In this document: piece by piece, positions 1-15,000 of the stretch | How positions within the stretch are numbered: the stretch's first letter is position 1 | Layout: each line of letters begins with the position of its first letter | DNA from: Tubulanus polymorphus | Lineage: Eukaryota > Animalia > Nemertea | Length of the DNA stretch: 64,000 nt | Direction: 5' to 3' | Assembly (NCBI RefSeq): GCF_964204645.1 | Contig: NC_134035.1 | Span: forward strand, 7,410,451-7,474,450 | Translations under genes and position numbers: made by a program | Notes under the pieces: generated by a model | Seen by the model: the letters and a program-made list of their open reading frames with translations, nothing else | Told to the model about the DNA's origin: nothing | Database searches by the model: none

Positions 1-255
1 CCTAATGTACTCAAATATAGTGAACTTTTGAATACCAATAACTTGACTACCAGACTAGCTAATTTTCTCTCAAATGTGATATATAATTAAAGATTTAATC
101 TCGTCTGCACATTGAACAGTGATAATTTATATACATCAATTGAGATTTATTGGTTATTACCGCCTTATACTATCGTTTTTAGTCATGGAGACGAATAAGG
201 TTATCTTATCTTACCATTTTGTTAGTCAGTTTGGCATTGGTTTTCCTCGCTGTTG

Positions 256-558
256 GACTGTGCGTCCTGTTTGGCCTGCTGTGTGCGGGCTGGAGGGCTG
301 TGTGCCCCAGATTCTACTGTGTGTGGATTAGAGGCTGTGTGCCTCGCATGACTATGCGTCCTGTTTGGCCTGCTGTGTGCGGGCTGGAGGGCTGTGTGCC
401 CCAGATTCTACTGTGTGTGGATTAGAGGCTGTGTGCCTCGCAGGACTGTGTGTCCTGTTTGTTTGCCTGCTGTGTGCGGGCTGGAGGGCTGTGTGCCCCG
501 GAGACTACTGTGTGTGGACTAGAGGCTGTGTGCCTCGCAGAACTTTGTGTCCTGTTTG
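256..558. repeat. Minisatellite, about 94-bp unit, about 3.2 copies
   Basis: Unit GACTGTGCGTCCTGTTTGGCCTGCTGTGTGCGGGCTGGAGGGCTG...GCCTCGCA restarts at 256, 350, 444 and about 541; it accounts for the repetitive ORFs at 119-559. Confidence 0.9.
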
Positions 559-1484
559 AGAAAAGAATATAAGAGTCGTTACGTTTAAAAAAAGAAATAA
601 ATAAATAAAGGGAATTATGAATTATGAATTTTAGGGCAGAGAAAACTCGAAACTTCAGGATTGTTGGTTCCCACTATTGTGAGATATCGGTCAGGGAGTT
701 CGTCTATTATTTCGCTTTTCTGATCTGTTTCGGCGATTTTAATTAGCGCATTTTCGGTTCGGTGGAAAGTCTAGTCGCAATCAACGCATGATTTAGTTTG
801 CTCCGTTCGTGCGGGACGCGTGACAAATACCCCCACAAAATAATGCGAGCCTTTTGACTACATGCACCCAGATTTTAGCATGTTTCTTTGTTTGTCTTTA
901 TGGCTGGACACGAGCAGACTGGCTACCGCGGTACCCTACCTTGGGACGGTGTATTCTATAAGATGTCTCCATTCAAAATCACCGGTAAGCTTTAATTTCT
1001 TATGCAGGTGGCGCAGATTGGACAGGCAACCAGTCTAAAGACGAATCCTTTCTCCGGATTTTAGTGTAATACGCCATAACCGTGGATTACAGATTACGAA
1101 ACTAGGTTTTGAGGTATTTGAAATATCGGCAAGCTCTTACTCTGAGTCCCGTTAATTAATCAGTGCATATTTAGAAAATTAATCTAGCCTGTTGCGGATA
1201 TATTCTCTCAAAATACGACTGGAGACGCTTTGAAATGCTCATTATTGCTCGATAATATCAATACTGGACAACGGTGAAGTACGTGCTAGATTTGAGCAAA
1301 GATGATATTTCACTTTTGTCAATTCAAATTAAAATTAAACGTTCTTTATTTATTGAAATTTGGAATGGAATTATGTACTGAGGATGAAATCTAAATCACG
1401 AACGCCTCGTCAGCTGTTCTTTCATTTTTCAAGTTAGTTTTTTGGATTTTGGGGTAGATTATTTTTAACCTCTTCGCTACCACA

Positions 1485-1849
1485 CAATTCAATTCAAAAT
1501 TTATTGCGTCCTTATAATTTACAGAGATTACATGAGACAGACATGGCAATAAAATAAAACTCAAAAAGATACTGACAATTAACAAGAGAGAAAGAGTAAA
1601 AAACAAACAAACACATTTGAACAATAGAAACAAACAGGCGCTTACACTGTTATTCAATAACAACATACAAGGTATAATACAGGGAGACCCAGAAATTAAG
1701 ATAATACATATAGGCATGTTGGAAGAATGATGGATATTACATGAAGATTATGAGATGAAAGATATTATATAAGATTAAGTTATAAACATGTAATCTGACA
1801 CTTTATCAAGTAGTGAGTAATATATAAGGTTGAAGGCAGACCCAAATAC

Positions 1850-1907
<58 letters not shown>

Positions 1908-2412
1908 ATGGGTTGAGATGGGTTTTTCTTTGGAGGCAAAGCTCGTTGACCAGTTGAGAGGATATGTCACCTATTTCACTGTCATTGTTGTTATATTCAA
2001 TTAGGAAGAGGAATTTGTCATTGTCGGAGAGTTCAGAGAAAGGGGGAGCGATATCAGTTATTCGTTCAAAAACAGGTAGGCCTATATGGGTGGAACAGAG
2101 TGTTGGGCAATGGACGAGAAAGTGTTCTTCATTCTCTATATTGATGAGCTGAGGCACAGGGGACAGGTTCTACATTTAGGAGCTATAGGAGGGCGAGAGT
2201 GTCGGCCTTTTTCTATTTGAAGGGATTGGCTAGAGACTCTGAGTTTAGATAGTTCTTTTCTATTTTGGAATTTTTGATGAAGATAATTTTCAGGATAAAA
2301 GCCTTTCTTAAACAGTTTGTATGTGCGTAATTTAGGTGTTTTAGTGGAATCATTAATGAGATTGAGCCACTGGGAACTATATAGGGATTGAAGTGAATTT
2401 TTTATAGATTTG
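1485..2412 (-). mobile_element. 5'-truncated non-LTR retrotransposon (L2/CR1-group LINE) 3' fragment
   Basis: Minus-strand translation KTPKLRTYKLFK...LSKLRVSSQSLQIEKGRH...CRTCPLC, then a frameshift, then IENEEHFLVHCP: the typical C-terminal region of invertebrate LINE ORF2. The 3' end reads AATAAA followed by a (TTGAA)n tail at 1485-1505. Confidence 0.8.
1853..1904. repeat. (TA)n microsatellite
   Basis: Uninterrupted TA run; a second run lies at about 3045-3075, just before the C2CD5 start exon. Confidence 0.95.
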
Positions 2413-3043
2413 GATCACAGGTAATGTAACGCGCCCTCACCAGAGCATTTTCCCATATTTTGACATATTTTCGTGTTTTTATTTAGATCTCAGAAAATAC
2501 TAATAATCACTCCTACAAACCATTTATATTTGTAAAGCTAAGGTCCTCAGCTATCAGATGGTATTGTTTAGAATCAAATCGTTTAAATCAGAAATTGATC
2601 ACCAATAATTATTGATCGATTTTTTGATCGATTTGTGGAACGATCAATGGATTTTGATCGAATAACTTGTAATGATTCATTTCCAGCACGTTTTTTGTAT
2701 TGTTATCATGTAGTAATTGACTGTCTGATTACTTATCAGTTTCTCCCTTATAATTGACCACCAAATATCGAACAAAAAAACTCATGCACGTGCCTTCTTG
2801 TTTCGCGCGCAAAGTGGTGCATGTTGTCACTCAAGCATAAATTTACTTTGATTCAGTTCAGTATTTGAGGCACTGATTCGCCATCTTTGAGTAAATAGTG
2901 TAACTAAACTGAAGCAGACGATCATTTAGTACGTCTATACACCAGCAGCGTAGTGACTCACCACACCAGCAATTGTAGTAAATGAATATATTTGTGACGT
3001 AAATATACGTCGCGCATGGTGAGAGAAGGACATTATTTGCGAC

Positions 3044-3082
<39 letters not shown>

Positions 3083-3099
3083 CTTTTTATCATTTCAGA

Positions 3100-6000
3100 A
3101 TGCCAGCGAAGTTGAAAGTACGAGTTTTGGCAGCCCGTGATCTTCCGATTATGGACAGAGCGAGTGAGCTTACAGATGCATTTGCTGAGGTATAATTAGA
3201 TGTGGCCATTGTTAGGCAGGTTCCCTCATCCAACATTCATGAATTTGGCAATGGGTATACATAGTTTGAGAAGGGATCTTTAACATATCATACAGGGCCA
3301 TGCGTTGATGTGTAAAAGGTTTTTTGAAAATGTCCATTGATCTTAACACATGGGTTGATATTCGATAATTGTAAGCGCTGTCGTGGGACATAATAACACG
3401 CATAGCATAATGATTCTGCCCCACTGGGGAGTTGAATTTTAAACGAATCCACAATTGGTTGGCTGTATTTTTTATCGGTACATGTACCTATTCATATTTT
3501 GTATCCGCAATCAATTGCCAAGCTGTAGCTCATTTTGTATTCTATGATTATGATGGCATCGCCCAAAAAGCATGAAATTTTCATGAAAATGAATAGGCTT
3601 GTTATATTTTTGTTAATTAGGTTCATAGTGGCCCTCTAAGCTGGTAGGCGACTGTTGCAGCCGCGAACACATTAGCTAAATTCTCCCAAAAAGTCAAAAA
3701 CATTCATGTTCATCATTTTTACAGGTGAGATTCAGCAATACAGTTTTTAAAACGGATGTATTTCGCAAGTCATTGAATCCAAACTGGAATTCTGAGTGGT
3801 TCAAGTTTGAGGTAATAGGAAAATCCTTCAGAGCGGTATCAATGAGTTTGATCAATATAATTTCGGCTTGAATCAATTATGGAGTTAATCCTTTTTGTGA
3901 AACTGGATCCAGCACTGCGGGACTGGGTCATTAAACTCGTTCTCTTTACGTTAATTCATAGGTCGATGATCAAGAACTACAAGATGAGCCATTACAAATC
4001 CGAGTGTTAGACCACGACACGTACAGCGCGCACGACGCTATCGGTAAAATCTATATCGATTTAAACCCATTGTTAGCGAAAGAGACGACTTCTGTGATTA
4101 GTGGCTGGTTTCCACTGTACGACACCATGCACGGTAAACAATGATTTTATAGAGAAAAGTAGCCGCAGACGCGCGATCGTGACTTAACCCTTCCAGTGCT
4201 GACTAATTAATACCCTACAGTGCTGAGGATAATTTGAAAATTTTGAAAAATTCCACCGTAGTGTGTTGAATAACGGGAATACCACTGTAAGTGCATCGGC
4301 ACTGTGGTTCAGTGTATCGTTAGTTATTAATTTCACTATGTTTGACAGGTGCTGCCATCTTTCAAAAGAGATAAAAACAAATTACATTTACACACTGCAG
4401 TGCGGTGTAGATGCACTGAAAGGGTTAAGTTTAAAATGGTCTTACGCAAGACTTGTCTTTGAGTTTTAGATGTTTACTGAACCTAGTTGTCCTCAGACTG
4501 ATCTTAAATCTAAGCCTTGACTATGCAACTACTATGCCCAGGCTCGAAACATAGTTACTCCTACTGTGGGCTTTAGTCTTGACTTTTGTTAGATTGGTTA
4601 TAGGGAGGGACAAGTAAGGCTGCGGGTGGCTTAGTTGAGTGGTCACTGAACCCATCTGTCTTTCATGTTTTTATCTCCCTTGGTGGTGAATCAGGAAAAT
4701 AGCAATAGTAGAGTGTTTGCCACTGGGCCTATTGTCTCAGATAAGATTATCATCGACAAAATATTTCAAATCTTTCCTTCCTCATATTCACCTGATGCCT
4801 CATTGCTTCCTAGTGCTCTGGAATTCACTTGCCTCGGAGGAAAAGGTATCTGTCCCGTGAGACCCGAGGCAAGTGTAGTCTATAAGCTGTAGTCATTAGT
4901 AATACCTTAAGGAACTAGCATCAAGACGGTTTAACAATAAAAGATTTGCTTGTTACTTTTTTTAGGAATTCGAGGAGAATTGAATGTTATCGTCAAAGTA
5001 GATCTATTCACTGATTTTAACAAGTTTCGACAATCCTCGTGTGGAGTTCAAATATATTGCAGTAAGTGGCGTTATTTTATGGCAGAAATTGATTCTGGTA
5101 GAAAATAAGGTTTCACTTAAGAGAGCATTAATCACTACCATATTATATGTAATCTCTGGTAATAGAGTATAATATTTCCATTAAGAATTATCTCCTAATT
5201 TGAATGTACACATTTTTTTTAAACTGTTCAGCGCCAGGAGTTCCGCAAGGTCACGTCATCCACAACATGTTGGGTTTTATTGAGGAGTTGGTCGTCAATG
5301 ATGATCCGGAGTATCAGTGGATTGATAAGATTCGAACTCCGCGAGCGTCCAATGAAGCTCGACAACGCTTGTTCTCTCAACTCTCGGGAGCTTTACAGCG
5401 ACGTATCGGACTTAAAGTTCTCGAACTCGGAGGGAATGCTGTAATCGGGTAAGTGTATGCCGTTTAAGTACTGCCCTATGATATGTCCTCCAGTTGCTAC
5501 TACATTTTACTCGTTTTGTTATTAAAAGTTATTTGTATTTGTATTTGGAGATATTTATGAAATGTATGAGGCGCAACGTTTCAGTTTCTCACTAGAGAGC
5601 ATCATCTCACATTGTACGCGTATAGTTAGCTATTGATTATTTATATTCTCTATTCATCATTTCCGATTCTAGTAATCTCAAGGCTCATATACTCGGCCAT
5701 TATCCTGAGTTAACCAAAGAGTGTTGAGGTCTTGAGATTTCCAATTGAGTACTGGGTATTCGCTGTTTGGTATCTGGGTCTGCAGCTTCATTCGTGCTTG
5801 AACATCATTGATAGCTCGTTGCTTATGTGAATTCTTCAGGTACAGACAGTGTTTTGATTTGGAAGGTGAATCCGGTATTGTTGTGCGTGGAATCGGAACT
5901 GCTGTGCACATGACGAAATCGACACAATTATTGAGTCCTCACAGTTCATCGCCGGTCATGAGTAGAGAGTAAGTATACTGTGATTAATGTTCGAGTAGAT

Positions 6001-9000
6001 TTACCGTAATGAGATCGGATTCAGCCAGTTGTCTATCTGTTTATCACCTGGACCTTGTTGTTATCTCTCCTCCTGGCTTCTCTAAATTCGATCTCCAATA
6101 CTGTGAACTTACATAGAAATTCTCCTTCAGTAAAAATGATGCTCTAATAGATTCTTTATGTGATAATCTTTCCCCCATTTTCTATTTGTTCTATGAAAGT
6201 GAGTATCCTTTTTGAAAGAACTGATGGCAGTAGGTTTATACATTGAGGGTCTTGTGCAGTTGATTATTAGGCCACACCAAAAGAAAACCCTGTTCCTCAG
6301 GCCCAACCGACCCGATATTTCGTCGTTTCAAATAATCATTTTCGGAATAAAATTTAATTGCCTACTGACCCTTTTTGTGGTCGGTTTCGCATAGTGAAAG
6401 ACACTTTGTTCAAATGATGTCATGTCAAATTTTTAACATTCATTTTTCTCTGTAACAACATAATGTCTACGCTTTTCGCAGTATACAACTTGTTTGTACC
6501 ATTGAATGTTAGATCAAGTTTATTTCCGTCATTGGATGTAAAAAATTGACAGAATTCCTTGAATAATTATGGCTAGACTATGGGATGACGGCATGGCACT
6601 GCTATGTCGAGTGCGCTGACTTGATTATGGAAAACCCACGCTCTGATTGGTTGTTTTGGGAATGCCAGCACTTTTGATGTAATTATGGGAAACCACGCTA
6701 TGTTTGGTTGTTACTAGTAAAAGTGCTGAACTGATCAGTTTGACAAGTTTAGTCGCTTATATACGGTAATCGCTCTCTAGAAGGCAGTTTTTTTAGGCCA
6801 GCCTTAGGCTGAGCCTATTACTATACAAATGGAGCGAATTTAAATGACATGGTTTCCAGAGCAAAGGCTCTTTTACTGTGCAACTGAGCATATATTCATA
6901 AAAATCATTCATTAAAGCATTATCCATTCTCCAAACTCTACGTAGCTAAATTTTGAAAGAGGGCCACGTCAAATTTAATCTGATCGCAAAAATATTGGTT
7001 ATGAAAAGCCAATCAGAAAGCAAAGACTCCTCTATGATTGGCTTAGCCGCAGAAATCAGCAGGTGTTCATGTGAACCCGCGGTATCGTCTACCGTTTTAC
7101 TTCCGGGTTTTATTTTAAGATCTTAAATTGTATTTCAAGATCAATTTCTGTGAAAGCTTTAGTTGATTTGGTTTTTGGGAGGAATATTTTTATTAGCGCT
7201 ACAGAAAATATCATTGACCATTGTACAAAGTCCGGGAAAAATAGCTTTTTCTTAAAGCGGATAGATGACCTTGATATGCTAATTAGCCATGTGCTCAAAC
7301 TACAAATTCAATCAAATTTTATTCCGCAAAAAAAATCAAATCCAATTCAATTTTACTTTATTAAACAAATAGAACATCCACTTCAATTTTGTTGTATTGA
7401 GCAAATTTCAGAAAATTCAATTCTATTCCGCATTAAAATCAATAAGACCAAGGGAAAAGATTTATCTGAGGTATTTGTTCCAGATCCAGTCGCTGTCTGT
7501 GCTACTTTTGTATTCTACGATTGTATTGTGTAAATTATTAGGTATTGACTCTGAGCTGGGAGTGTATTTTGACAAATTTAACCCACAGAATGCATCATCA
7601 TTTGCCATTTTATGAAAAGCTGACAGGCTGGCCATAGTGCCCCTTGGGGCTCTTGTTTTATCCTGACATGGATTTCATTTAACTTTGCCGATTAGTTTGT
7701 CTGATGTGTAAGAGGCTACAGAAGGGATTTTTCAGTGGGGAGGCTTTTTTCTGAAAAAATTTTTGAAAATTCAATCGCCGGATATGCATTTTTGGGCCAT
7801 TTCATGGTCTCATTCACAGAAGCATGAAAAGTCGTGAGCCAACCACCTTGTACAAAGAACGACGAGCTGCTACGCGGTAGAGCGTGCTTTTGAAAAAAGT
7901 TTTGTAATTTTTGTAATTTAGTAAATTTTTGTTAAGCAAAACAGTGTTAATTTCTGGTGACCTGAAAATACTTAGCAGCAAACTATAAGTAATAGGTGGA
8001 GGTCTGAATATTTTAGTGGTAAAATCCATGATTTGAAACGATCTACTTACATACGCCAAATTTTTATTACGGTACCGGTATGTTACATAGCTTCCGCGGC
8101 CATACATCGGAAAAAGTTGTCAAGACTCAATATTTAGCCACCATCTGATTTGTGATTTGAATTTTATACATGTATTTTCAAATACATTTTTTCCAAATAT
8201 AAAATAGTTTCCCTGCCTACCTGTACCCTACGAAATTTTGGACGTGGACCGTAAACAAATGTTTATTTTTGGCTTTGATTTGACTACAAAATAATTCCTT
8301 CAGTAAGAAAAAATGAAATAATAGAAATTTGAATTCACAAATTAAAAAGATTTTTCATAAGCCAAGCAGGCCCCAGTTTTCAAGGTAAACCAGACTTTGC
8401 CCATGGGCAATTTATTTTCTTTTTAACCCTTACGTTACCGGATTCTTATTCAAAATCGAGTCCTCAGGAACCGTATTAATTTCTAGGAATTTTGGTGAAA
8501 ATAGGTCCAATTTTCAAACAACTAGATTTTTACTGAATAAAGATATCCCCTTACTTTTAATGAAAAAGTTGTACAGTTTTGTCTCTAGTTTCTATTCCTA
8601 CCATTTTTAGCTAGGTTCTGGACACTTGGGTTACGTAAAAGATATTTTGAATGATAAAATTTTTGGAATACTGCTGTGTTCACTTTCAGGCGAGTCGATT
8701 TCATCAGCACTGTCTTAAGATTTGCACCCCCATTCAGCATCTAAATCACTTGCACTCGAGTCTGAATCCATAAAGATTCCTCTAATATTATCTGCGCTCA
8801 ATTTATGAGACAAGATGATCCTTTTATACTCTTCATAATATCGAAATAGTCAATCAAAACCAGTTTCCATTCGTACAAAATCTACTTCCGGGTTGTAATC
8901 GTTGTGATTGCTATATATTCTTGAGAAGCAATTTCAGATACCTTTCTTGGTCGCAATTGGTTCAGGAATTCATGCTGCTTCAGTTGCGAGGCGCTATATC

Positions 9001-12000
9001 TAACACCATAGCTGATTTTTCATGAAGGAACATCAAAATTTCGCAATGTCCGTATCTCGCCAAACGGCGAGACCGGTTCCTGAATGGCCGCTTCCGTGGC
9101 GAGACTGGTAATGTAAGGGTTAATCAAATCGTGATGTCGCACTGAGATCAACATTGTAAAAATATTTTATTACATTGGATTTAACAATTTGATTCTGGAA
9201 ATAGTTTTCAATAGCCTTTTATCATTGCGGTTTATCTACTAGCTGTTAACCATATTCCTGACTAAAAATTGGTCCCGTAAAAAGTATTTACGGCGACCAA
9301 CCCCATTTTCAAAAGTTTGCCAAAAAAATTTTTTCTATAAAAAGAAAAGAAAATTCCCTACCTGCCCACCCATTTTGGTGATTGCCCCGCCCGAGAAACA
9401 GGATTTTGTTTTTGGTGTGGCCTTATTTGAATCTTTTCTTAACCTCTTCACTATGGGCAGATAATGTAGCGCAAGATAATTTTATATAGTAAGTCTCTTG
9501 AAATGTTTCAGTTTTCCGTTGCCTGAAGATGTCGAAGCTCCTAATTCGCCGACAATGTTGACTCCTCTGACGGCGCCGGTTGTAACTAGTCATTCACCCA
9601 TTCCTGGTAAGATGCCGGCTATGCCCGTCCTAGTACGGCGTTCTTCAGATTCTGATCTAAGCACTCCGCCTAAAGGTACGACATTTTTCTATACGATGCA
9701 TGCTGAACAAACCTCCCTTTTATCTTTCCATGATTGCCACAGCTCTCTTCTGAATTCTACAAAAATATCTTGAATCTAACAATTGTTTTGATATTTTTTC
9801 ATTTGATAGTAAGAAAAGAAATATTCTGTAATTTTTCCAAGCAATTTCGCATTTATTTTTCATCTTCAAAATTTATTTTTTTGAAAAGCAAGTCATTTTA
9901 TGAGATATATATAGACGATGAAAATAAATATTGTTATATTATTGTGTTTTTATCTTCGCGGAGAGAATTTGAGCATGTTAATTTGTTCAATGATTTGGTA
10001 TATGTAGTTTTTTATGCTTTGTATCACGATTGGTTGTATACCTGTGTATATCTGATCTGTATTGATTATGTTATCACAGAGAAGTTTGCGTTAGTCATGT
10101 CAAATACGTATGGGACCATTCATTTATTACACACTATGGAGGCAGGCCTATTCAACGCAATATTCGAAAGTATATCCAAGTACTGTTCCCTGTAGCGGTC
10201 ATGACTTTGGTCTGAAACGTGGTCATAAATATTAAGTCTAGAATTGTAAGATTGGCTATCAACATGAGTGGCCGGGTCTTTGAATGGTCCAAACCTGTAC
10301 AGCGCCCAATTGCACATGACCTATATCCATAGGTGGTCATAAGTCGTTGAAATAGGTACATATTGAACCAAAATGAGCTTAGACTAGACTATGCAAGTGA
10401 ACCATGCTGTGATTTTATCCCAGCTTTTGTTTTGGTGGAATAGCAGTCGGAAAGGCTGTGCCTTGTGTTTCGTCGAATGAAAATAAGTCAATACATGTAC
10501 TGTACTGTTATTTCGTTGTGTTTTGCCCAGTGTCGTAGTTTGTCTTGGTATTATGATGGGCAGGGTGGCCAGTTACTGGCCAGATTGACCTCATTGTAAT
10601 TGCATACAGTACCACGGTACAGTATAATTAATTCGCTCATTACTTTTTTTCACATTGTACACCGTAAATTTCAAATTTTATGCCTATGTAATGAATGGAT
10701 GTTCCAAAATGTATCGAAATACGCTAGTCTTGATTCATTCGTATTGCGCACCTCCGGATGTTCCTGTCCTCCTTCCGAGGAATTGGTTTTCATTTCAGCA
10801 GTTTTTCATTATTCAATTGTTTAGCAATTCGTTCATACGTGAACACTAGAAAAGTGCGTCAGAAGTTCGTCTCGTATCAAATGAATTTTTTATTGGTTTA
10901 GGTTTGCGAACTGTGCGTTCATTTTCTATTGATGAAGGTACAACCTTTGTTTGTGGTAGTATGTATATACCTTATTTACGATTTCTTGAGTGTCTCTTGT
11001 GTTTTTTTTTCTGACGCATTAAGTACATGTTTTAAATGAGCATGCCGATACATTTTACCTTCATCATATACTTATTACCCTTGCATGTTTTCATCCTTCA
11101 CTCCTTCACGAGAAACACTATTACGTAATTATTATCATAGGGCTAGGTTGAATTCGATTTAAGTAGGCCTAGATTAGATATATTTTTTGCTTAGGTGTTG
11201 GTATCGGAATTTGTATCGAGTATTCAGTTGAGCGCATTTTTTTAAACCCATTTTCGAAACTATCATTAGAATTAATTTGAAAAGTCAATATTCTCTCAGT
11301 TTTTTCTTCATGATTGATGGGCTCAAAATTGAATATAGTGTCGCTTAACATAATGAATTATCTGTGATGCCATTTTAGTCATTCTGCAGTTCACTGACAT
11401 TAGGTTATGCTCCGTAGCAGATCTAGAATCCTGAATGAGAGACTCCTGATACACTGAAAAACGTGAATCCAATATTCACGGAAGCTCCCTCAGAGCTCAA
11501 AGCTCCCTTATGTTCCTCCCGGATCTTAGAAAGCTTATCCTGAATTTTGGCAAGGGCATTCGAGGTTTTTATATATCGGGTAAAATCGGAATTCTTGATT
11601 CATTTTTCTGGGGAGGAAAATCTGGGAATTCTGAATCTTCTCGAATGTTAGGGGAATTTTTGTGTTTTGTTCTTGCTAATGACCAGTGAGGCACTTAAGT
11701 AGAAACATCCACCCTGATGAGCAATATGATTTAATCAGGGAATTTTTGGAAAAGAGTCGGCAAAAATCAGGAAAATTTGGATTCCCAGTTTGATCTTTGT
11801 AAGGGCTAATGAGTGCACTTTTCAGAGATATTCATTAGGAAACATGAGCTACATATCAGTAGAAACTAATGCACTGCTGGTGCTGACCTCAAAGAGAAGA
11901 AAATGTTAGACAAATTCGAAACTAATTCTCACCGCGGTATCGTATTTTGCGCATCATTAATTTAACTGCATGTATGAATACACAAATACAGGCCAACGCA

Positions 12001-15000
12001 CTGCTGTATTTTATTTTTCGTTTTATAAGTTCATGAATTTGTGCACTTTCCCTGGTTACGTAAGGCTATAATTATAATGTTCTGTTTTGACCCGCTCTGA
12101 CGGGCTGATTACGCCTTTTGAAATTCTTGGTTAAACTAGATTTTGATGAACCATATGAAGTGCGAAGTGCTGTCTAATGCTTTACTGAAATTATGATTCT
12201 GACGGAATCTTTGATGAAATACTCACTTTCTGTGCTCATTTTCTTGAAAAAAATCTGCTGATACGCCGCGAAATATCTATGGTGTCACGAGCGTATTTGA
12301 ATGAAATCTGCTTTTAATTTTAATCATGGTTCCCACAGAACAGGGAAATTGGGAAAAACTTGGGAATTTTGAAATAATAATTCCCAGTTTGGGAATTTGA
12401 ACAATTTTCCTCAAACCAGGGAAATACTTGGGAAATTCATTACGTTTCACATATTGCATTTGCCAAGGGCAACTTTCTTCAGCAATTTCCCTTGAAAATC
12501 ACCTTTATCAACCAGTCACCGCTAAAATGTTGACTGTTGAATGACGATATGTGTTCATTTCCATTTGGGAAAATTGAAAAATCACCCATGAAATACTTGG
12601 GAAAAACTTGGGAACTTTTTTATTCATATAACTGCGGGAACCATGTTTAATCTCTGTTTCTTAGATTGTAAAATTGAAATGATGTTTTGGTTTAAGCAGG
12701 TAGTCAAGCCGGAAGTAGTGGCAGTGGTAGTGGTGGAGGTAAACCATCGCAGCCTCGACCTCCGTTTCCTCAACAAAGTATCGAAATGTTGGTACGTTTT
12801 TCAAGTAGAATAATCGGTTCATCATGAAATCTCCACTTAACAGCTATCCCACCAGATGGCATGACTAACAGTTGGTTTAACTTGTACGCTATCGACTATG
12901 AGTATACTCGTACTTTACGAGTTATGTTGTAGCTGATCCTGTTTGTTATTTTGCTTTCTGCCACACGGGATTGGTTCACAATGTGAACAATGTGCTTCAT
13001 TCTCGATGCTCATTGGTACATTTTGCACGTACGCTCACTGTAACAGTGCCAAGTGCGGCAGCAATCGTCTTAAGCGATTGTCAGAACTAGTCCATCTCAA
13101 TTCATTTAAAACGATTTCTTTCAGGAATTTCCATTTTTTACGATCAAGTCATTTCCGCAGGGATTTATTGGGCACTACGGCGGTGTTGTGTCGGCTCGAT
13201 CAGTCAAACTCCTCGACAGGATCCACAATCCAGGTAATTCATCCAGGTTTATTCAATATGTTCTTATGTATGAGATAGTAAGTAAAGTAATACAGTAAAA
13301 CCTCTCTTTTGCCGGGCAAAATCTTATTTTGGTGTCAGGCTAAAATAATCAATTTCTTATACTTTTATTATTAGGTCCATTGGGCCATCCCAAATTATTT
13401 GACAATTATTTTGGGATGGCCTTAGTGCCATCCTTACATAATCATAAAAAAGAATTAACGGTACTCAGTAATAAACCTTGAAAGGTTTATGATGATAATG
13501 AACTGTTTGATGATAAACACAAGCAAAGTAAAAACCTATCGATAAACCACTTTTGACTGTCCATGCGTAGTGGCATGAGGGTGTAAGATGATGTTTTTTT
13601 TTTCCACACAGATGAACCAGAAACAAGGGATGCTTGGTGGTTAGAGCTACGTACAGAAATTCGATCTCATGCTCGAGCGATGGGATGTCATGCTGTTGTC
13701 GGCTATTCTGAATCCACCAGTATATGGTAAGTAAAAAACAAATGATATTGTTTCAAATTTTGGGTTAAAATTTTTTTCTAGGAAAAGACAGCTAGAGAAT
13801 ATTTAACATTTCGACCATAATTTTGGTATATTTTTTGTGTAAATCTTTTTTTGCTAAAAAACATTCGAAATATCCACGGATTAAAGCCTGTATTCAGAAA
13901 CTCGTGGAGTGAATTTAGATAATCATGAACCTAAAAAGCATGATTTTTTTGTAGTAAGTTGACTTACTAATGAAATCCATTTAAAACGTTGATACTCTGG
14001 ATAATATTAGAGCACTTACTTGTAAGCTTTCGCATACAACTCTATCCATAATCATACTGATATGACTGACATCACACACTGACGTCACTAACGGCATACA
14101 GTTGTATGCGAAAGCCTGAATCTACATCAAAGGTTTAAGTTGACTTACATGTATATTATATTCTATTTCATGTTATAGTGATGAAGTGATTGTTTTGTCA
14201 GCGATGGGTACAGCGGCCATTGTGAATCTTCGACTCGTAGAAACAGTGCCGCCTCCTCCTCCGGTCACCGAGAGGTCTGTACTCAGTACTTCTTTAGATC
14301 GTCAGCATTTTGACAAGGAGAAAAAGCTTCATATTGACGTGCATTTGGCTAGTCAATTTACTGCCTGCCATCTTCACAGCATGTGAGTGGTAATAAAAGA
14401 GCATGATTTGCCAACATAAACATCATTTTCCTGGCTCCAATTTTCACATAATTGTCATTGTCGAAATTTGATCCTATTTTGACTGAAATCTGACTTACAA
14501 AATGTTTTACTGGGCCTAGACCGCAGCTAGTCTACTACCATCCTCCCTCGGCAGGGATTCGATCCTGATGACATCGCTACACTTGGACACAACACCAAAC
14601 CCTGTGAAACTAGATCGGGTGCGCAGATTTACCGCATGAAAACATGCGGTACCAATCAGATTGTCAAGGCAAAGGCAAATTTCACAGAAGAACTATAAAT
14701 GGACAAATGCAGGCTAAAATAAAACAGGATATCTGGTACCGTGGCAATCTCGATGCCATCAGGTTCGAATCCCTACTGGGAATTTAACCTTCATCTCTGA
14801 ATTTACTCCTGGGTACCGTAACTAACTCTCGGTTGAATTCTTAACCCAGGGTCTAGTTTGATTAATTTAAAAATCAATATAAGAATTGACGAGGTAGAAC
14901 TTTGCAATGTGTCACAAATGATGGTTAAAGTCTAAAGTCCAACAATGATATTTGTTAGCTGTCTATAAAATCAGGAATCTTCCATATTTCAAATTCGTTA

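Noticed and set aside
256-558. Possible CRISPR-like array (also considered for 62310-62645)
   Set aside because: Units are contiguous with no unique spacers, there are no cas genes, and the context is eukaryotic.
119-559. Cys-rich ORFs
   Set aside because: Products of the 94-bp tandem repeat read in shifting frames.
640-990. Possible 5' non-coding exon or promoter of C2CD5 (CpG-richer, ends CCG|GTAAG)
   Set aside because: Plausible because the ATG exon has an acceptor at 3098, but it cannot be distinguished from alternatives (e.g. near 2880-2895) without transcript data.
14755-14780. tRNA gene (GGTTCGAATCC B-box; also near 41494)
   Set aside because: No cloverleaf or properly spaced A-box was found; the motif is part of a dispersed inverted-repeat element.
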